Sequence record: LC788706.1
Source of the DNA: Escherichia coli phage KS_S14
DNA length: 64,000 nt
Strand: one strand, 5' to 3'
Shown here: piece after piece, positions 11,017-21,897 of the stretch
Layout of the letters: each line of letters begins with the position of its first letter
How positions within the stretch are numbered: position 1 is the stretch's first letter
The notes under the pieces: model-generated
Seen by the model: only the letters and a program-made list of their open reading frames with translations
The model's database searches: none
Told to the model about the DNA's origin: nothing
Made by a program: the position numbers and the translations under genes

Positions 11017-13073
11017 TGATTTCAAATAATGCACCAGCCAAAATGGTCTTAAATAGTATAATGACTGGATATACTTTGGCTTATGTCCAGCACTCCATTT
11101 ATACTGATTATGATGTTATTGGTAGATCTTTTTGGTTAAAAATAGGAGAAAGTATAGATAGACGTGATTACACCGGTATAGATACTTTCTTCGTAATGAT
11201 TAATAATTTAACCCCCTCTACCTCCTATGAGATTCAGGGGGCTTTCTATGACTCAATTATTGACTCAGAGTTACTAGAAGCTAAGATTGGTATCAACCTC
11301 TCTAATGAAACTAACTTTAGAACAAAGGAAAAGCCAATAATTACTGCAGCAAGATCTGAATCAGAACCCGTTGACGTTGGTGTTGGTGCTCCAATAGTTG
11401 TTGTAGAGACTGCTGGTGAGGCTAGTTACTGCACTATTGAATTAAAAAGTACTGCATCAGAAGATAGTGAATGGGTTAAATATTACATAGGAGCACTGGG
11501 ACCTACTATCAAATTTGGTGGTGTTCCTGTTGGCAACTATAAGATCAGAATATCTGGTCAAGTTACTATGCCAGATGGTGTTACAGTTGACTCATCTGGC
11601 TATTATGAATATCCTAGCGTTTTCACTGTAGCTTATAATTTCGTACCACCTACTGCACCTACTAACATTGACTTTAAAGCTGCACGAATCGCAGACGGTA
11701 AGGAACGATATGATGTTAGAATAGAGTGGGACTGGGAACGTGGTGCTGGTGCTAATGTCCGTGAATTTCTGGTTACTTATATAAACTCTGAAGAATATTC
11801 TAAGACTGGCTGGGCTAAAGCTCAAAAGATAAACGTTGGTGCTGCCAGAGCCGCAACGATTATATCATTCCCATGGAAAGTTGAGCATACTTTTAAGGTA
11901 TCATCAATTGCCTGGGGACCAAATAAGCAAGATATAGCAGAATCAGCTCCTGTAACGTTTATACTTAATGAAGATACTCCTCTAGACAACAGCTTTGTCA
12001 ATGAGACTGGTATTGATGTTAACTATGCCTTTATTAAGGGCAGCATGAAAGATGGAGAAATCTGGAGACAGACATTCTTAATCGACGCAGCTACTGGTGC
12101 TATTAACATTGGTCTGCTAGATGAAGAAGGAAAAGCACCTATTTCTTTTGACCCTATAAACCGTGTTGTTAACGTTGATGGTAAAGTAATTACTAGAGAT
12201 ATTAATGCTGCGAACTTTATCATGACTAACTTATCTGGTAAGGATAATCCAGCAATTTACACTCAAGGTAAATCTTGGGGTGATAATAACTCCGGTATTT
12301 GGATGGGTATGGATAATACTTCTGCCAAAGCTAAACTAGACATTGGTAACGCCACACAATGGATACGTTATGATGGTGATGTGCTACGTATTTCTAGTGG
12401 AGTAGTTATTGGAACTCCTAATGGCGATGTAGATCTGGGTACTGGTATGCAAGGTAAGCAAACAGTATTTGTTTATAAGTTAGCAACATCTCTACCTGCT
12501 AAACCACTAGAACAAGATTATCCGCCTCCTGGTTGGTCAAAAACTCCACCTAACCGTACAGATATGACACAAAATATCTATACCACTACAGGTACGCTTG
12601 ATCCAGTTACTAATAGGTTATTAGAGGGTACTAGCTGGTCGGATGTAGTTCAGTGGAGTGGTACTGAAGGTACTATAGGGCATGATGGACAACGTGGTCC
12701 TGGGATGTATTCTGTAGGTATAGCAGGTTTAGGTGGTTGGGATGATGGACAAGCTAATTCCTTCTTTCAAAGTAACTTCGGTTCTCCACCAGTTAAATAC
12801 GATGTATTAACTGAATTTAATAGTAATGCCCCCCAATCAGCATTTACAAGGCAATGGAATGGGTCTGGTTGGGTTAACCCTGCAATGGTTCTCCATGGAA
12901 ACATGATTGTTAATGGGACGGTGACGGCAGATAAAATTGTAGCAGGAAATGCTTTCTTATCTCAGATCGGTGTTAACATCATTTATGATAGGAATGCTGC
13001 ATTATCGGGAAACCCTGAGGCATACTACAAGATGAAGATAGACCTAAATAGTGGGTATATCCATATAAGGTAA
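11016..13073 (+). CDS. central tail fibre / baseplate tube protein (T5 pb4-like)
   Basis: ~685-aa ORF; ATG at 11016 overlaps hub stop (TAATG); ORF track shows alternative GTG start at 11001. Confidence 0.55.
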   Translation: MISNNAPAKMVLNSIMTGYTLAYVQHSIYTDYDVIGRSFWLKIGESIDRRDYTGIDTFFVMINNLTPSTSYEIQGAFYDSIIDSELLEAKIGINLSNETNFRTKEKPIITAARSESEPVDVGVGAPIVVVETAGEASYCTIELKSTASEDSEWVKYYIGALGPTIKFGGVPVGNYKIRISGQVTMPDGVTVDSSGYYEYPSVFTVAYNFVPPTAPTNIDFKAARIADGKERYDVRIEWDWERGAGANVREFLVTYINSEEYSKTGWAKAQKINVGAARAATIISFPWKVEHTFKVSSIAWGPNKQDIAESAPVTFILNEDTPLDNSFVNETGIDVNYAFIKGSMKDGEIWRQTFLIDAATGAINIGLLDEEGKAPISFDPINRVVNVDGKVITRDINAANFIMTNLSGKDNPAIYTQGKSWGDNNSGIWMGMDNTSAKAKLDIGNATQWIRYDGDVLRISSGVVIGTPNGDVDLGTGMQGKQTVFVYKLATSLPAKPLEQDYPPPGWSKTPPNRTDMTQNIYTTTGTLDPVTNRLLEGTSWSDVVQWSGTEGTIGHDGQRGPGMYSVGIAGLGGWDDGQANSFFQSNFGSPPVKYDVLTEFNSNAPQSAFTRQWNGSGWVNPAMVLHGNMIVNGTVTADKIVAGNAFLSQIGVNIIYDRNAALSGNPEAYYKMKIDLNSGYIHIR

Positions 13074-13079
13074 TAAATA

Positions 13080-13502
13080 ATGAGTACTGAAAATAGAGTT
13101 ATAGACTTAGTAATAGATGAAAAAGTACCTTATGGTCTAATGATGCAATTCTTAGATGTTGATGATAGTACTTATCCACCTACAAATACCCCTGTTAACT
13201 TAACAGGGTATTCCCTAAGGGGTACTATAAAGGCGGGGCTTGATGAGAACGCGGAAACTTTGGCATCTTTTACTACTAAAATTATTGATGCTGCTCAAGG
13301 TGCTATAGCTATAAGTTTACCTGTAGAGGCGGTAGATAATATTGGTGAAAAAGCTACCAAAGAGAGAGATAAGTATAACCCTCGCCAACGTTTTGCAGGA
13401 TACTATGATATAATTATGACACGAGATGTCATAGGATCAGCTATTAGCTCTTTTCGTATAATGGAGGGTAAAGTATTTATCAGTGATGGGGTAACTAGAT
13501 AA
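13080..13502 (+). CDS. tail collar protein (T5 p132-like)
   Basis: 140-aa ORF between central-fibre and side-fibre genes; size and synteny. Confidence 0.5.
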   Translation: MSTENRVIDLVIDEKVPYGLMMQFLDVDDSTYPPTNTPVNLTGYSLRGTIKAGLDENAETLASFTTKIIDAAQGAIAISLPVEAVDNIGEKATKERDKYNPRQRFAGYYDIIMTRDVIGSAISSFRIMEGKVFISDGVTR

Positions 13503-15175
13503 TGGCAATAACTACTAAGATTATTGTACAACAAATATTAAATATTGATGATACTAAAGCTACTGCTAGTAAATTTCCTAGATACACAGTAACTCTTGGA
13601 AATTCTATTAGCTCTATTACTGCTAATGAGTTAGTATCTTCTATAGAGGCTGCTGCTAAATCTGCTGCGGCTGCAAAAGATTCTGAAATAGCTGCTAAAA
13701 CCTCAGAACTTAATGCTAAGAACTCTGAACAGAAAGCTGCTATTTCTGCTACTGAAGCAGGAAAACAAGCTACTAATGCTGCTAATAGTGCTAATACTGC
13801 TAAAACTGAAGCCGATCGTTCAAAAACTGAGGCTGATAGATCAGAAGCTGCTGCTAATTCTACCCCCGACATTCAACCTCTTCCAGATGTATGGATACCG
13901 TTTAACGATTCTCTAGATATGATCACCGGCTTTGCGCCAGGCTATAAAAAAATAACAGTCGGTGATGAGGAAATAACACTGCCCAGTGACAAGATTGTTA
14001 GCTTTACACGTGCATCAACTGCGACATATATTAATAAATCAGGTGTATTAACTGTTGCGGGGATTGATGAACCTAGATTTGAAAAGGATGGTTTGCTCAT
14101 TGAGGGGCAAAGAACTAACTATCATCTTAACTCACTTACGCCATCTAAGTGGGGAGCTACAACAAGTGTAACTATAACAGAAAGTGGTGTTGATGAGTTT
14201 GGATTTACTTATGGGCGGTTTCAAATAAAGGACGAAAAAATTGGGACAAATACGGCAATGAATATCGCTGCGATTTCAGGAGGAAGAGGTGTCGATGTTA
14301 CCGGAACTGAAAAGTATGTTACAACATCATGTCGTGTAAAAAGCGATAGTGCTAATATACAATGTCGTATAAGATTTGAAAGATATGACGGATCCGCATA
14401 TTTTTATCTAGCAGATGCATATCTTAATATAACAGATATGTCCATTAGAAAAACGGGAGTAGGGGCTGCAAGAATAACCGCCCGAGCGGAGAAAGAATCT
14501 AATGGATGGATTTATTTCGAGGTTACATATCAATCTGAAGCTATTGATAATATGGTTGGCTCTCAGATCCAAATTGCTCCACCTGTTTCACCTGGCACTT
14601 ATTCTGGTGGAGAGTACTTACAGGTAGCTACCCCTCAAGTTGAAGGCGGGGCGTGCGCTTCATCGTTTATTATTACAGAAGCGACTCCAGTAACACGGGC
14701 AAGCGATATGGTCACATTACCAATAAAAAACAACCTTTACAATTTGCCGTTTACAGTACTTGTGGAAGCTCATAAAAACTGGAGTATAACGCCAAATGCA
14801 GCGCCACGTGTTTTTGATACCAGCGGTCATCAAACCGGAGCGGCTATTATTCTTGCTTTCGGATCTGCCGAAGGCGATAATGATGGTTTCCCTTATTGCG
14901 ATATAGGTAAATCAAACAGAAGGGTTTACGAGAATGCAAAACTAAAAAAGATGATCATGGGAATGAGAGTAAAGAGTGATTACAATACTTGCTGTGTAAG
15001 TAATGCCAGAATATCAAGCGAAACAAAAACGGAATGGAGATACATACAATCAACGGCTACTATAAGGATTGGAGGACAAACAACTACGGGCGGACGTCAT
15101 CTTTTCGGGCACGTTAGAAACTTTAGAATCTGGCATAAGGAACTAACTGATAGACAAATGAAGGAGTATGTATGA
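13502..15175 (+). CDS. L-shaped side tail fibre proximal subunit (LtfA-like) with C-terminal LamG/ConA-like lectin domain
   Basis: 557 aa; N-terminal Ala/Lys/Ser-rich coiled region; C-terminus ends RHLFGHVRNFRIWHKELTDRQMKEY, resembling the terminal strand of LamG-type jelly-roll domains. Confidence 0.6.
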   Translation: MAITTKIIVQQILNIDDTKATASKFPRYTVTLGNSISSITANELVSSIEAAAKSAAAAKDSEIAAKTSELNAKNSEQKAAISATEAGKQATNAANSANTAKTEADRSKTEADRSEAAANSTPDIQPLPDVWIPFNDSLDMITGFAPGYKKITVGDEEITLPSDKIVSFTRASTATYINKSGVLTVAGIDEPRFEKDGLLIEGQRTNYHLNSLTPSKWGATTSVTITESGVDEFGFTYGRFQIKDEKIGTNTAMNIAAISGGRGVDVTGTEKYVTTSCRVKSDSANIQCRIRFERYDGSAYFYLADAYLNITDMSIRKTGVGAARITARAEKESNGWIYFEVTYQSEAIDNMVGSQIQIAPPVSPGTYSGGEYLQVATPQVEGGACASSFIITEATPVTRASDMVTLPIKNNLYNLPFTVLVEAHKNWSITPNAAPRVFDTSGHQTGAAIILAFGSAEGDNDGFPYCDIGKSNRRVYENAKLKKMIMGMRVKSDYNTCCVSNARISSETKTEWRYIQSTATIRIGGQTTTGGRHLFGHVRNFRIWHKELTDRQMKEYV

Positions 15176-15450
15176 GAGATATAATCCTAAAATTCACGGA
15201 TAAATCAGCATATAAAGATTTTCTCTTAAAAATAGAGTGGGATACTAATGAAAATTTGCAAAACCAAATAATGCTTGACGAAATTGGATATACTTATACT
15301 GAAATCTCTCCGCTAGGTGATGAGGAACCTAGATGCATCCGTAATGAAGGGTATTATATTAATGTAAGGATTCTTGATGAATCCTTTACTTACGAATCCT
15401 TCGAGCCTTTTATAGTTCAGCTAGAACAGCCTCTTAGAGTATGGGCATAA
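15172..15450 (+). CDS. hypothetical small protein in tail fibre locus
   Basis: 92-aa ORF translationally coupled (ATGA overlap) to the LtfA-like gene. Confidence 0.45.
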   Translation: MRDIILKFTDKSAYKDFLLKIEWDTNENLQNQIMLDEIGYTYTEISPLGDEEPRCIRNEGYYINVRILDESFTYESFEPFIVQLEQPLRVWA

Positions 15451-15459
15451 GGTTTTATA

Positions 15460-17228
15460 ATGGTAACTAAAACAGTAATTCCTACGGATATTACAAAACT
15501 TAAAAATGAGTCACTTAATAAAAATAATAACCTGAGTGACTTAGCAGACCGTGCAGCAGCATGGCTAAATGTGCGTCCTATTGGATCTACCCCTCTTGCT
15601 GGAGATCCTGTTAGTGACTATGATGCCGCAACTAAGCGTTGGGTGGAGAACAAACTTAATACTGGCACAGTAGGACCCACAATGAATGGTGTTATGAACT
15701 ACGGGGTGGGGGATTTTCATCTTCGAGATAGCCGTGCGTATATTCAACCTTATGAGGTAGTTTCTGATGGGCAGCTTCTTAACAGGGCTGACTGGCCTGA
15801 ACTTTGGGCGTATGCACAAATGGTTGGAGCTATAGATGATTCAGTTTGGTTAGCAGATGTAGGACAACGTGGGAAATATTCTACGGGAGATGGTACCACT
15901 ACTTTCCGCGTCCCAGATCGTAATGGTGTGCAACTAAATTCAATCAAAGGGTTATTCGCTCGTGGTGACGGTGGGGGGATGCTGGTCAAGCTGGTTCAAT
16001 ATCAGAAGCTGCAGCACCCAATATTACTGGTAGTTTTCCTGGCGCTATTGCTGGTGCATATGAAGAAGCGCTTAATAGATATTCATCTAGATTTGGTCTT
16101 ATTGGGGCGATTGGTGGTGAAAACGGCTTAGGTGCCGCTCCTGGAGGTGCATCTAAATCATTCGCCGTAGTTAATCCTGATAACCAATACGGATTTAGTT
16201 TTGATGCAAACTTAGCGGACCCTGTTTATGGGCGTTATGGAATAAAAGGTACTATTATTCCAAACAGCTTTATAGGTGTCTGGGTAATCCGTGCTTCTGG
16301 TGGGTTCGTGGCTGCAAAGACTTCGTGGAGTGTTATTAGTGGTGATGCTGTCAAACCTAATACTGGTACTACTGTTTATGGCGGGAGTGTACTATCTGAG
16401 TATAAAGTAGGTACTAGTAGTGAGGCTGTAAGTACACTACGAGCTAAAGCTACTATTGGTGGCACCTACTCTACTGAACTACTAATAGACAATAAATCTA
16501 CCGGTAAATCGAATTCCGCCCAGCTTGTAGATAATGGGGATTTTGTAACGGATCGTTTTAAAGCTAGATTAGTTACTGGCATGGCGTGGTCTCAGACTGG
16601 CTGGGTACAAGGTACTCTTTCTCAGAACGAGGTCAATATAGGTAGTACATTTAACTTTAATAGTATATTGAGCGGTTCCCAGTCTTCTTCCGCAGGGTAT
16701 AAGACATCTGCACATTTTGGATTAATTCATAATGACTTAGGCTCATTTGCAGATTCTTGTTGGCAGGTAGCGGGAGATGATGATAATAAATTTGGTGTGC
16801 GTTTAAAAATTCAGCCGAATAATAATAGTATTTATTTTTATTCTTGGTGGCCAGGTGCTTCAGCAACCTATACTTTGCAATTAAATGCTGTATCTGATTC
16901 TCGCTTAAAGCATGATATTAAGGCTATAGACGCAACTAAGTCCATCGAGGTATTAAAAGGATTAGAATTCCAATCCTTTGTATATAATAACGATGAAAAA
17001 TCTCGTGTCCGACGTGGGGTTATTGCTCAGCAAGTAGAGACTATAGAACCACTTTATGTAAAAACTAGAAAATTTTATAATGATGACGGAATAGAGCAGG
17101 AGCAAAAGGAATTAGATACAACTCCAATGCTTCTTGACACTATGCATGTTGTGCAAGATCTTATTAAACGGATTGAAGATCTAGAGAAAGAGCTTGAGCA
17201 ATTAAAGGTACAATTAGTATCACAATAA
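15460..17228 (+). CDS. side tail fibre distal subunit (LtfB-like): tail-collar domain + C-terminal S74-type intramolecular chaperone; reading frame interrupted at a G6 run
   Basis: Frame 1 (15460-15977) encodes collar-like motif (SDGQLLNRADWPELWAYA...TTFRVPDRNG); frame 0 opens after TGA at 15966-68 and continues to 17228 with Gly/Ala-rich fibre sequence and C-terminal chaperone-like block (SDSRLKHDIKAIDATKSIEVLKGLEFQSF...). Junction is GGGGGG at 15973-15978. Confidence 0.55.
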
Positions 17229-17231
17229 AAG

Positions 17232-17270
17232 AAAACCCCAGTGGACAAAATCCACTGGGGTTTATTATTT
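17232..17270. terminator. bidirectional terminator between convergent tail-fibre and dut genes
   Basis: 10-bp stem CCCCAGTGGA/TCCACTGGGG, loop CAAAA, A/T runs on both sides. Confidence 0.75.
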
Positions 17271-17284
17271 ATTTTATATGTAGA

Positions 17285-17731
17285 TTACTTACTTCCTGAA
17301 CTTCCAAATCCTCCTTCTCCACGTACAGTCTCTTCTAACTCATCAACGATTTCAAAATTATGAGTTGAGTAATGTGGCAATACCACTAGCTGACAAAGTC
17401 TCTCGAAATTCTCCAGAGTTTGCATTTCAGAACCGTAATTATAGAGGTTCATCTTAATAGTACCACGATAGTCTGAGTCGATCACCCCTGCGGTGTTTGC
17501 AATCATCAAATAGCGCTTACCTAAAGAGCTACGAGGAACCACCAAACCGAACCAACCTCGCGGAATTTCTACCGCGACACCGGTGTCAATCATTAGGGAT
17601 TTGCCTGGCGCAATAGCACGTAAATCTGCGGCAGGGTTTGTACCAAAGAATGCTCGCAGATCCATACCTGCGGCATCTTCGGAACCAATCTTAGGCATAC
17701 AATCTGGATTAGTTAATTTAATTTTAATCAT
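17285..17731 (-). CDS. dut: dUTP diphosphatase
   Basis: 148 aa; dUTPase motifs (AGMDLRA, AGVIDSDYRG, C-terminal GGFGSSG). Confidence 0.85.
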   Translation of the reverse strand: MIKIKLTNPDCMPKIGSEDAAGMDLRAFFGTNPAADLRAIAPGKSLMIDTGVAVEIPRGWFGLVVPRSSLGKRYLMIANTAGVIDSDYRGTIKMNLYNYGSEMQTLENFERLCQLVVLPHYSTHNFEIVDELEETVRGEGGFGSSGSK

Positions 17732-18603
17732 TGTTCTGCAATCTCCAAAATATCTTTTGTAAACTTATCTAATACATCTTGACCTACAGCAGCAATAGCG
17801 TCCACACAGTAGGTAGGTAAATCAACTAAAATTAGGTTTCGATAAAGCAATTCTTCCGAAGCATTTAAATTCTGTATATATTTCTGTTTTCCAGGTAGTG
17901 GAAGCTGATCAATAATATCCAGAACGTTACCAAATTCACGAATAATATTATACCCGCGTTTTGCCCCAATACCTTCAACACCACGGATATTATCCCCTAA
18001 ATCACCCATAATTGCTTTCAGAGAGATAAACTGCTCTACATCGTCAACATTATGGTGCTCATACATATCACGAAGATGATATTCACGACGTGTTGTAAAA
18101 GAGAAGCGAGAAACTTTATCAGTTAATAAAGTATCCCAGTCACCATCGGTAGAAATTAGCCAAACATGATCATATAGATGCCCAATCAGCTTAACAATAT
18201 AAGCTGCCATATCATCTGCTTCTACACCACGAATAGTGAAGGTTGGGAATGTAGTTTCACATAGTTCGAAAGCATCTTTCAAATACTCGAAAAACTGCTC
18301 ATCTAACGCTTTTTCCTCTTCCGTACGCTGAGAGTATTTCTCATCTCGATTCCCTTTATACTCTGGAAGATGCTCTAGGCGGAATGCAGACTTTCCTTTA
18401 TCCCCTAAAACTATTGTAGTTCTAGCAGAATAAGATTTTGCTAGAGACTGAATAGTGGAAACATAACTTGAGGCAAATGGTTTTTTACTATTGTTATGTT
18501 TGAAGCGGAAGCCTAAGTTAGTTCCATCAACAATCATTAGGTTACGACGGGAAGCCATTTCAGCTTCCTCTTCTTCAATAAATTTTCCCCAGGATTTACT
18601 CAT
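17728..18603 (-). CDS. flap endonuclease / 5'-3' exonuclease (T5 D15-like)
   Basis: 291 aa; N-terminal MIVDGTNLGFR nuclease motif; acidic clusters typical of FEN family. Confidence 0.85.
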   Translation of the reverse strand: MSKSWGKFIEEEEAEMASRRNLMIVDGTNLGFRFKHNNSKKPFASSYVSTIQSLAKSYSARTTIVLGDKGKSAFRLEHLPEYKGNRDEKYSQRTEEEKALDEQFFEYLKDAFELCETTFPTFTIRGVEADDMAAYIVKLIGHLYDHVWLISTDGDWDTLLTDKVSRFSFTTRREYHLRDMYEHHNVDDVEQFISLKAIMGDLGDNIRGVEGIGAKRGYNIIREFGNVLDIIDQLPLPGKQKYIQNLNASEELLYRNLILVDLPTYCVDAIAAVGQDVLDKFTKDILEIAEQ

Positions 18604-19085
18604 TATTTAATTAAGTCCTCAACAGATGCATGATGTAGCCACGGTTCAAATAAACCAATTACGATTTCCATGTCTTTCTTATTTAACACCATATGGGTAC
18701 GACTCATTAAGTTGTCAACCATCGGGTCTGCGCTATCCAAAGCTATTAACCACTGTCCTCTGTCTTTTTTGAATATTAATGCAGACTTGGAGTTCATCTG
18801 CTCACCTTCACGTGAGCATTGCTGCCACCACTTCTCTAGAGTGGATTCACCGACATTAAATAAATTACTTGATATATTATCATCTTTATACCACTTAACT
18901 TCGAAGCAGTATTTACTAATGTGTCCGCTTTGTGGTGGAAGGTAGATGTCACCTTTCAGTCCGTGGCTCTGGCCAAAAGCACCAGAGCCAGGAACACGTT
19001 CCCACTCAAGACCTGTACGCTCGCGTAGAATATCTCTTACCTGATATTCACCACGTTTACCTTTCTCTCTACTATCTACAGCCAT
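18603..19085 (-). CDS. hypothetical protein (D14 position)
   Basis: 160-aa ORF between FEN and SbcC-like genes. Confidence 0.5.
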   Translation of the reverse strand: MAVDSREKGKRGEYQVRDILRERTGLEWERVPGSGAFGQSHGLKGDIYLPPQSGHISKYCFEVKWYKDDNISSNLFNVGESTLEKWWQQCSREGEQMNSKSALIFKKDRGQWLIALDSADPMVDNLMSRTHMVLNKKDMEIVIGLFEPWLHHASVEDLIK

Positions 19086-19088
19086 GTT

Positions 19089-20927
19089 TTATTCTAAGTA
19101 GGAAAATCCTTCTGCATCTTTTTTGACAGTAATCTTATGGGCCAATGGATGCGTATGCCCATGAGAAACAATGATAGAGTTTAGACTTTCTTCCTCATTT
19201 AATAATTCAACAAGGGTGTCAAGTCCTTTCGTATCAATAAAGCTAATTACTTCATCAAGGAATAGAAGATTAATATTAACTTTACTAATAGATGTTAGTA
19301 GCATTCGAATAGCTAACAGAGTTGCTAGGTTGATTCGACTTTGCTGACCAGTAGAGCAGTTCTCCATACTGGTACGGTTTCCATCATTGAAGATTACTAC
19401 TTGTAATTTTGTTTCATCAAGTTCAAATCCAAGTGCGAACTTACCACCAGTCATAATGGAAAGGTATTTATTAATTAGTTCTTCAAATACTTTCACACTA
19501 TGCTCTAGCTTATACCCTACCAGATTTTTCAATGCGGCGATCAGAATATCGAGATCAGCAACAGCTTCTGATACTTCATCCAGTTTGGAAGTAATCTCAG
19601 ACATTTCTGCCTCAGCTTTCTCAATCTGTTCTAGTTTCGCTTTATATTTTGCATTGGCTAATTCAACATTTGCATTATGCTCTTTGGCAATTGCAACCTT
19701 AGAACGTCCATCAGCAATTTCCTGTTCTAATTGTCGTATTTGCACCTGTAGGTTTTGCACATTGAGTTCTTCAAAAGAAGCATCACTCATTGAATTTTTG
19801 AACTCGTCTCTAGCTGCTACTGCTTTATCCAAAGCATCCTTTGCTCTAATATACGTAGTGTACTCAAGTTGTTCTTTCTTCAGCTGTTCTAGCTTGGTTT
19901 CAAGAGATTGCTTCTCTTTGAACAGAGGATCATATTCTGTTCTAGCCATATCCATTGCTTTTTGAGCAGCAGTTGTATCCAGGTGAGTACCACAAGTAGG
20001 ACATTCAGTATTTGAAGCCTCTTGCTTGAACTTCTGATAACGTTTCTTGACTTCGCCCGCACGTGAGGTCACAATCGTTAGGTCACGCGTAACACTCGAG
20101 ATCTCTTCATTTTGGTCGGTGGGCGCAGGCAAATTTTTGAAAGGCTCGAAAGATTGTTCGGCAACTTGTACAGCTTTGTCCAAATTACGCAATTTAGTAA
20201 TATTAGCCTCTTGAGACTTGGCTAATGCCGCCTTAATTTTCGATTCTGTAAGTTCTTGTGCTAATGGTTCTTCATCAAATTCTGGTACTTCGACTGGTTC
20301 TTGTAAGGTTCCCAAGTTATTCTTTCCATTAAGGATTTTTGTAATTACAGCCATTTGGCCCTGCAAATTATTTAAGGTATTTGCTATTTCTTTACGGTCA
20401 GCCTTAATAGTTTCTGACATTTCTTTATACTGTTCTTGATTGAACAAGTTAACAAGAAAAGCCTTACGTGTTGCATCTGTTGCTTTGAGGAAGTCTAGAT
20501 TGGAACCAACAGATTGATAGATTAGTTTAGTGAATGTTTGGAAGTCACCACCCATAATCTCTTCAATCATCTTGTACGTTTGAGTTGCTGTGTGTCCACT
20601 GATATCTTCTCCATTCTTAATCAGTGTAACCTTAGCAGTTGATTTAACTACTTTATGCAATTCATACTCATCTTCATCTTTCGAGAAGTAAGCATGCATA
20701 TCATACTCTTTCTTCGGAGAACCCCAAGAGAATAGGGCGTCCTTCTTGATACCACGTGAGTTCTTGTTATAAAACAATTCCTCAATAACAGTAGCAATAG
20801 TGGACTTCCCTAGACCGTTTCCTCCGATTAACTGAGTAACTGGATTCTTATCGAAATGAATTACGATGTCCCTACCGTAAGACATAACGTTACTAAATTT
20901 TAGTGTCTTAATTGTAATCTTTGACAT
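19089..20927 (-). CDS. SbcC/Rad50-like ATPase (T5 D13-like)
   Basis: Walker A GGNGLGKST, long coiled-coil, signature-like STGQQ and Walker B LLFLDEV; start taken at MSKITIK (ATG 20927) rather than the longer ORF-track start at 21002. Confidence 0.75.
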   Translation of the reverse strand: MSKITIKTLKFSNVMSYGRDIVIHFDKNPVTQLIGGNGLGKSTIATVIEELFYNKNSRGIKKDALFSWGSPKKEYDMHAYFSKDEDEYELHKVVKSTAKVTLIKNGEDISGHTATQTYKMIEEIMGGDFQTFTKLIYQSVGSNLDFLKATDATRKAFLVNLFNQEQYKEMSETIKADRKEIANTLNNLQGQMAVITKILNGKNNLGTLQEPVEVPEFDEEPLAQELTESKIKAALAKSQEANITKLRNLDKAVQVAEQSFEPFKNLPAPTDQNEEISSVTRDLTIVTSRAGEVKKRYQKFKQEASNTECPTCGTHLDTTAAQKAMDMARTEYDPLFKEKQSLETKLEQLKKEQLEYTTYIRAKDALDKAVAARDEFKNSMSDASFEELNVQNLQVQIRQLEQEIADGRSKVAIAKEHNANVELANAKYKAKLEQIEKAEAEMSEITSKLDEVSEAVADLDILIAALKNLVGYKLEHSVKVFEELINKYLSIMTGGKFALGFELDETKLQVVIFNDGNRTSMENCSTGQQSRINLATLLAIRMLLTSISKVNINLLFLDEVISFIDTKGLDTLVELLNEEESLNSIIVSHGHTHPLAHKITVKKDAEGFSYLE

Positions 20928-21885
20928 ATTTCGCAGCTCTAGCCAAGATTCTATCAATGTCGCCTTGAGACAGCTTCTCGACTTCACGGAAGTAAAGTTC
21001 AAGTTCCCCTAACATATCAAGATCAACAAGATTTAACTTAGCGTCTTTAGTAACTCGATGGTTAATCTTCTTATCTAACAAATCAGAGTCTTTAATAGAC
21101 TTTAATTGAACAACGTCACCAGTAACTTCATAGACTACACGATCATAATCACTAGGTTCCATCTCTTCACCTGCTCCGATTGTTTTACGAATCAGTTGTG
21201 GTAAATCACCTAGTTCAATCCATTCTACTTTTAATGTGTCGGTATCAATGATAAAGCAACCATTTGTACCTTTTGTGCGTTCTCTATGGAACGATGTAGT
21301 TAATGGAGATCCTGGGTAGAGAAGTCTAGTAGATCCGATAGTCTGGCTATTAGTATAAGAATGTAAATCGCCAGCAATTACAGTATCATAACAGTTGTAC
21401 TTAGTTAGATCAATTTCTGGTTTTACATGTGGAGGGATTTCACCACGAACATGCGTGAAACATAGTTTTGATACAGGAGGTTTCCACTTAGATTTATGGA
21501 TTTCGTCATATGGAACAATATCAAATTCAGGGGAACGATATGGTTTGGTAATTACTTCCCACTTACCACTCGTTACTTTATTAATAACTCCTGCATAATG
21601 ATATAGGCATGAAATAGTCTTAGTTATTAATTCATGATTACCTGTAAATACCATTCCTATATGATCTAGCCTAGACATAAATTTTTCTAGAAGTTCTACT
21701 TCTTCCGACGACGGGTCGGAATGATCAAATAAATCACCACCAATAATATGCAAATCACAGTTATGATTATGGAATATATCATTTAACCGTTCTCCTAGCA
21801 TCAGGAAGCGACGCTTCTGCCATTCTTTGGGTATCTTATCTTGGCCCAGCTTAATATGATGATCAGCACTAAATAATATTCTCAT
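20908..21885 (-). CDS. SbcD/Mre11-like nuclease (T5 D12-like)
   Basis: 325 aa; calcineurin-like phosphoesterase motifs (SADHH, GGDLFDH, TGNHE). Confidence 0.8.
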   Translation of the reverse strand: MRILFSADHHIKLGQDKIPKEWQKRRFLMLGERLNDIFHNHNCDLHIIGGDLFDHSDPSSEEVELLEKFMSRLDHIGMVFTGNHELITKTISCLYHYAGVINKVTSGKWEVITKPYRSPEFDIVPYDEIHKSKWKPPVSKLCFTHVRGEIPPHVKPEIDLTKYNCYDTVIAGDLHSYTNSQTIGSTRLLYPGSPLTTSFHRERTKGTNGCFIIDTDTLKVEWIELGDLPQLIRKTIGAGEEMEPSDYDRVVYEVTGDVVQLKSIKDSDLLDKKINHRVTKDAKLNLVDLDMLGELELYFREVEKLSQGDIDRILARAAKYVKDYN

Positions 21886-21897
21886 AAGTTAAAAAGA

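Noticed and set aside
13495-13916. Overlapping ORFs on both strands within the start of the LtfA-like gene
   Set aside because: Generated by Ala/Lys-rich repetitive coding sequence of the fibre gene; no independent signals
19387-19965. 192-aa plus-strand ORF inside the SbcC-like gene
   Set aside because: Antisense to a well-supported minus-strand gene; Ser/Cys-rich low-complexity translation, no RBS; typical shadow ORF
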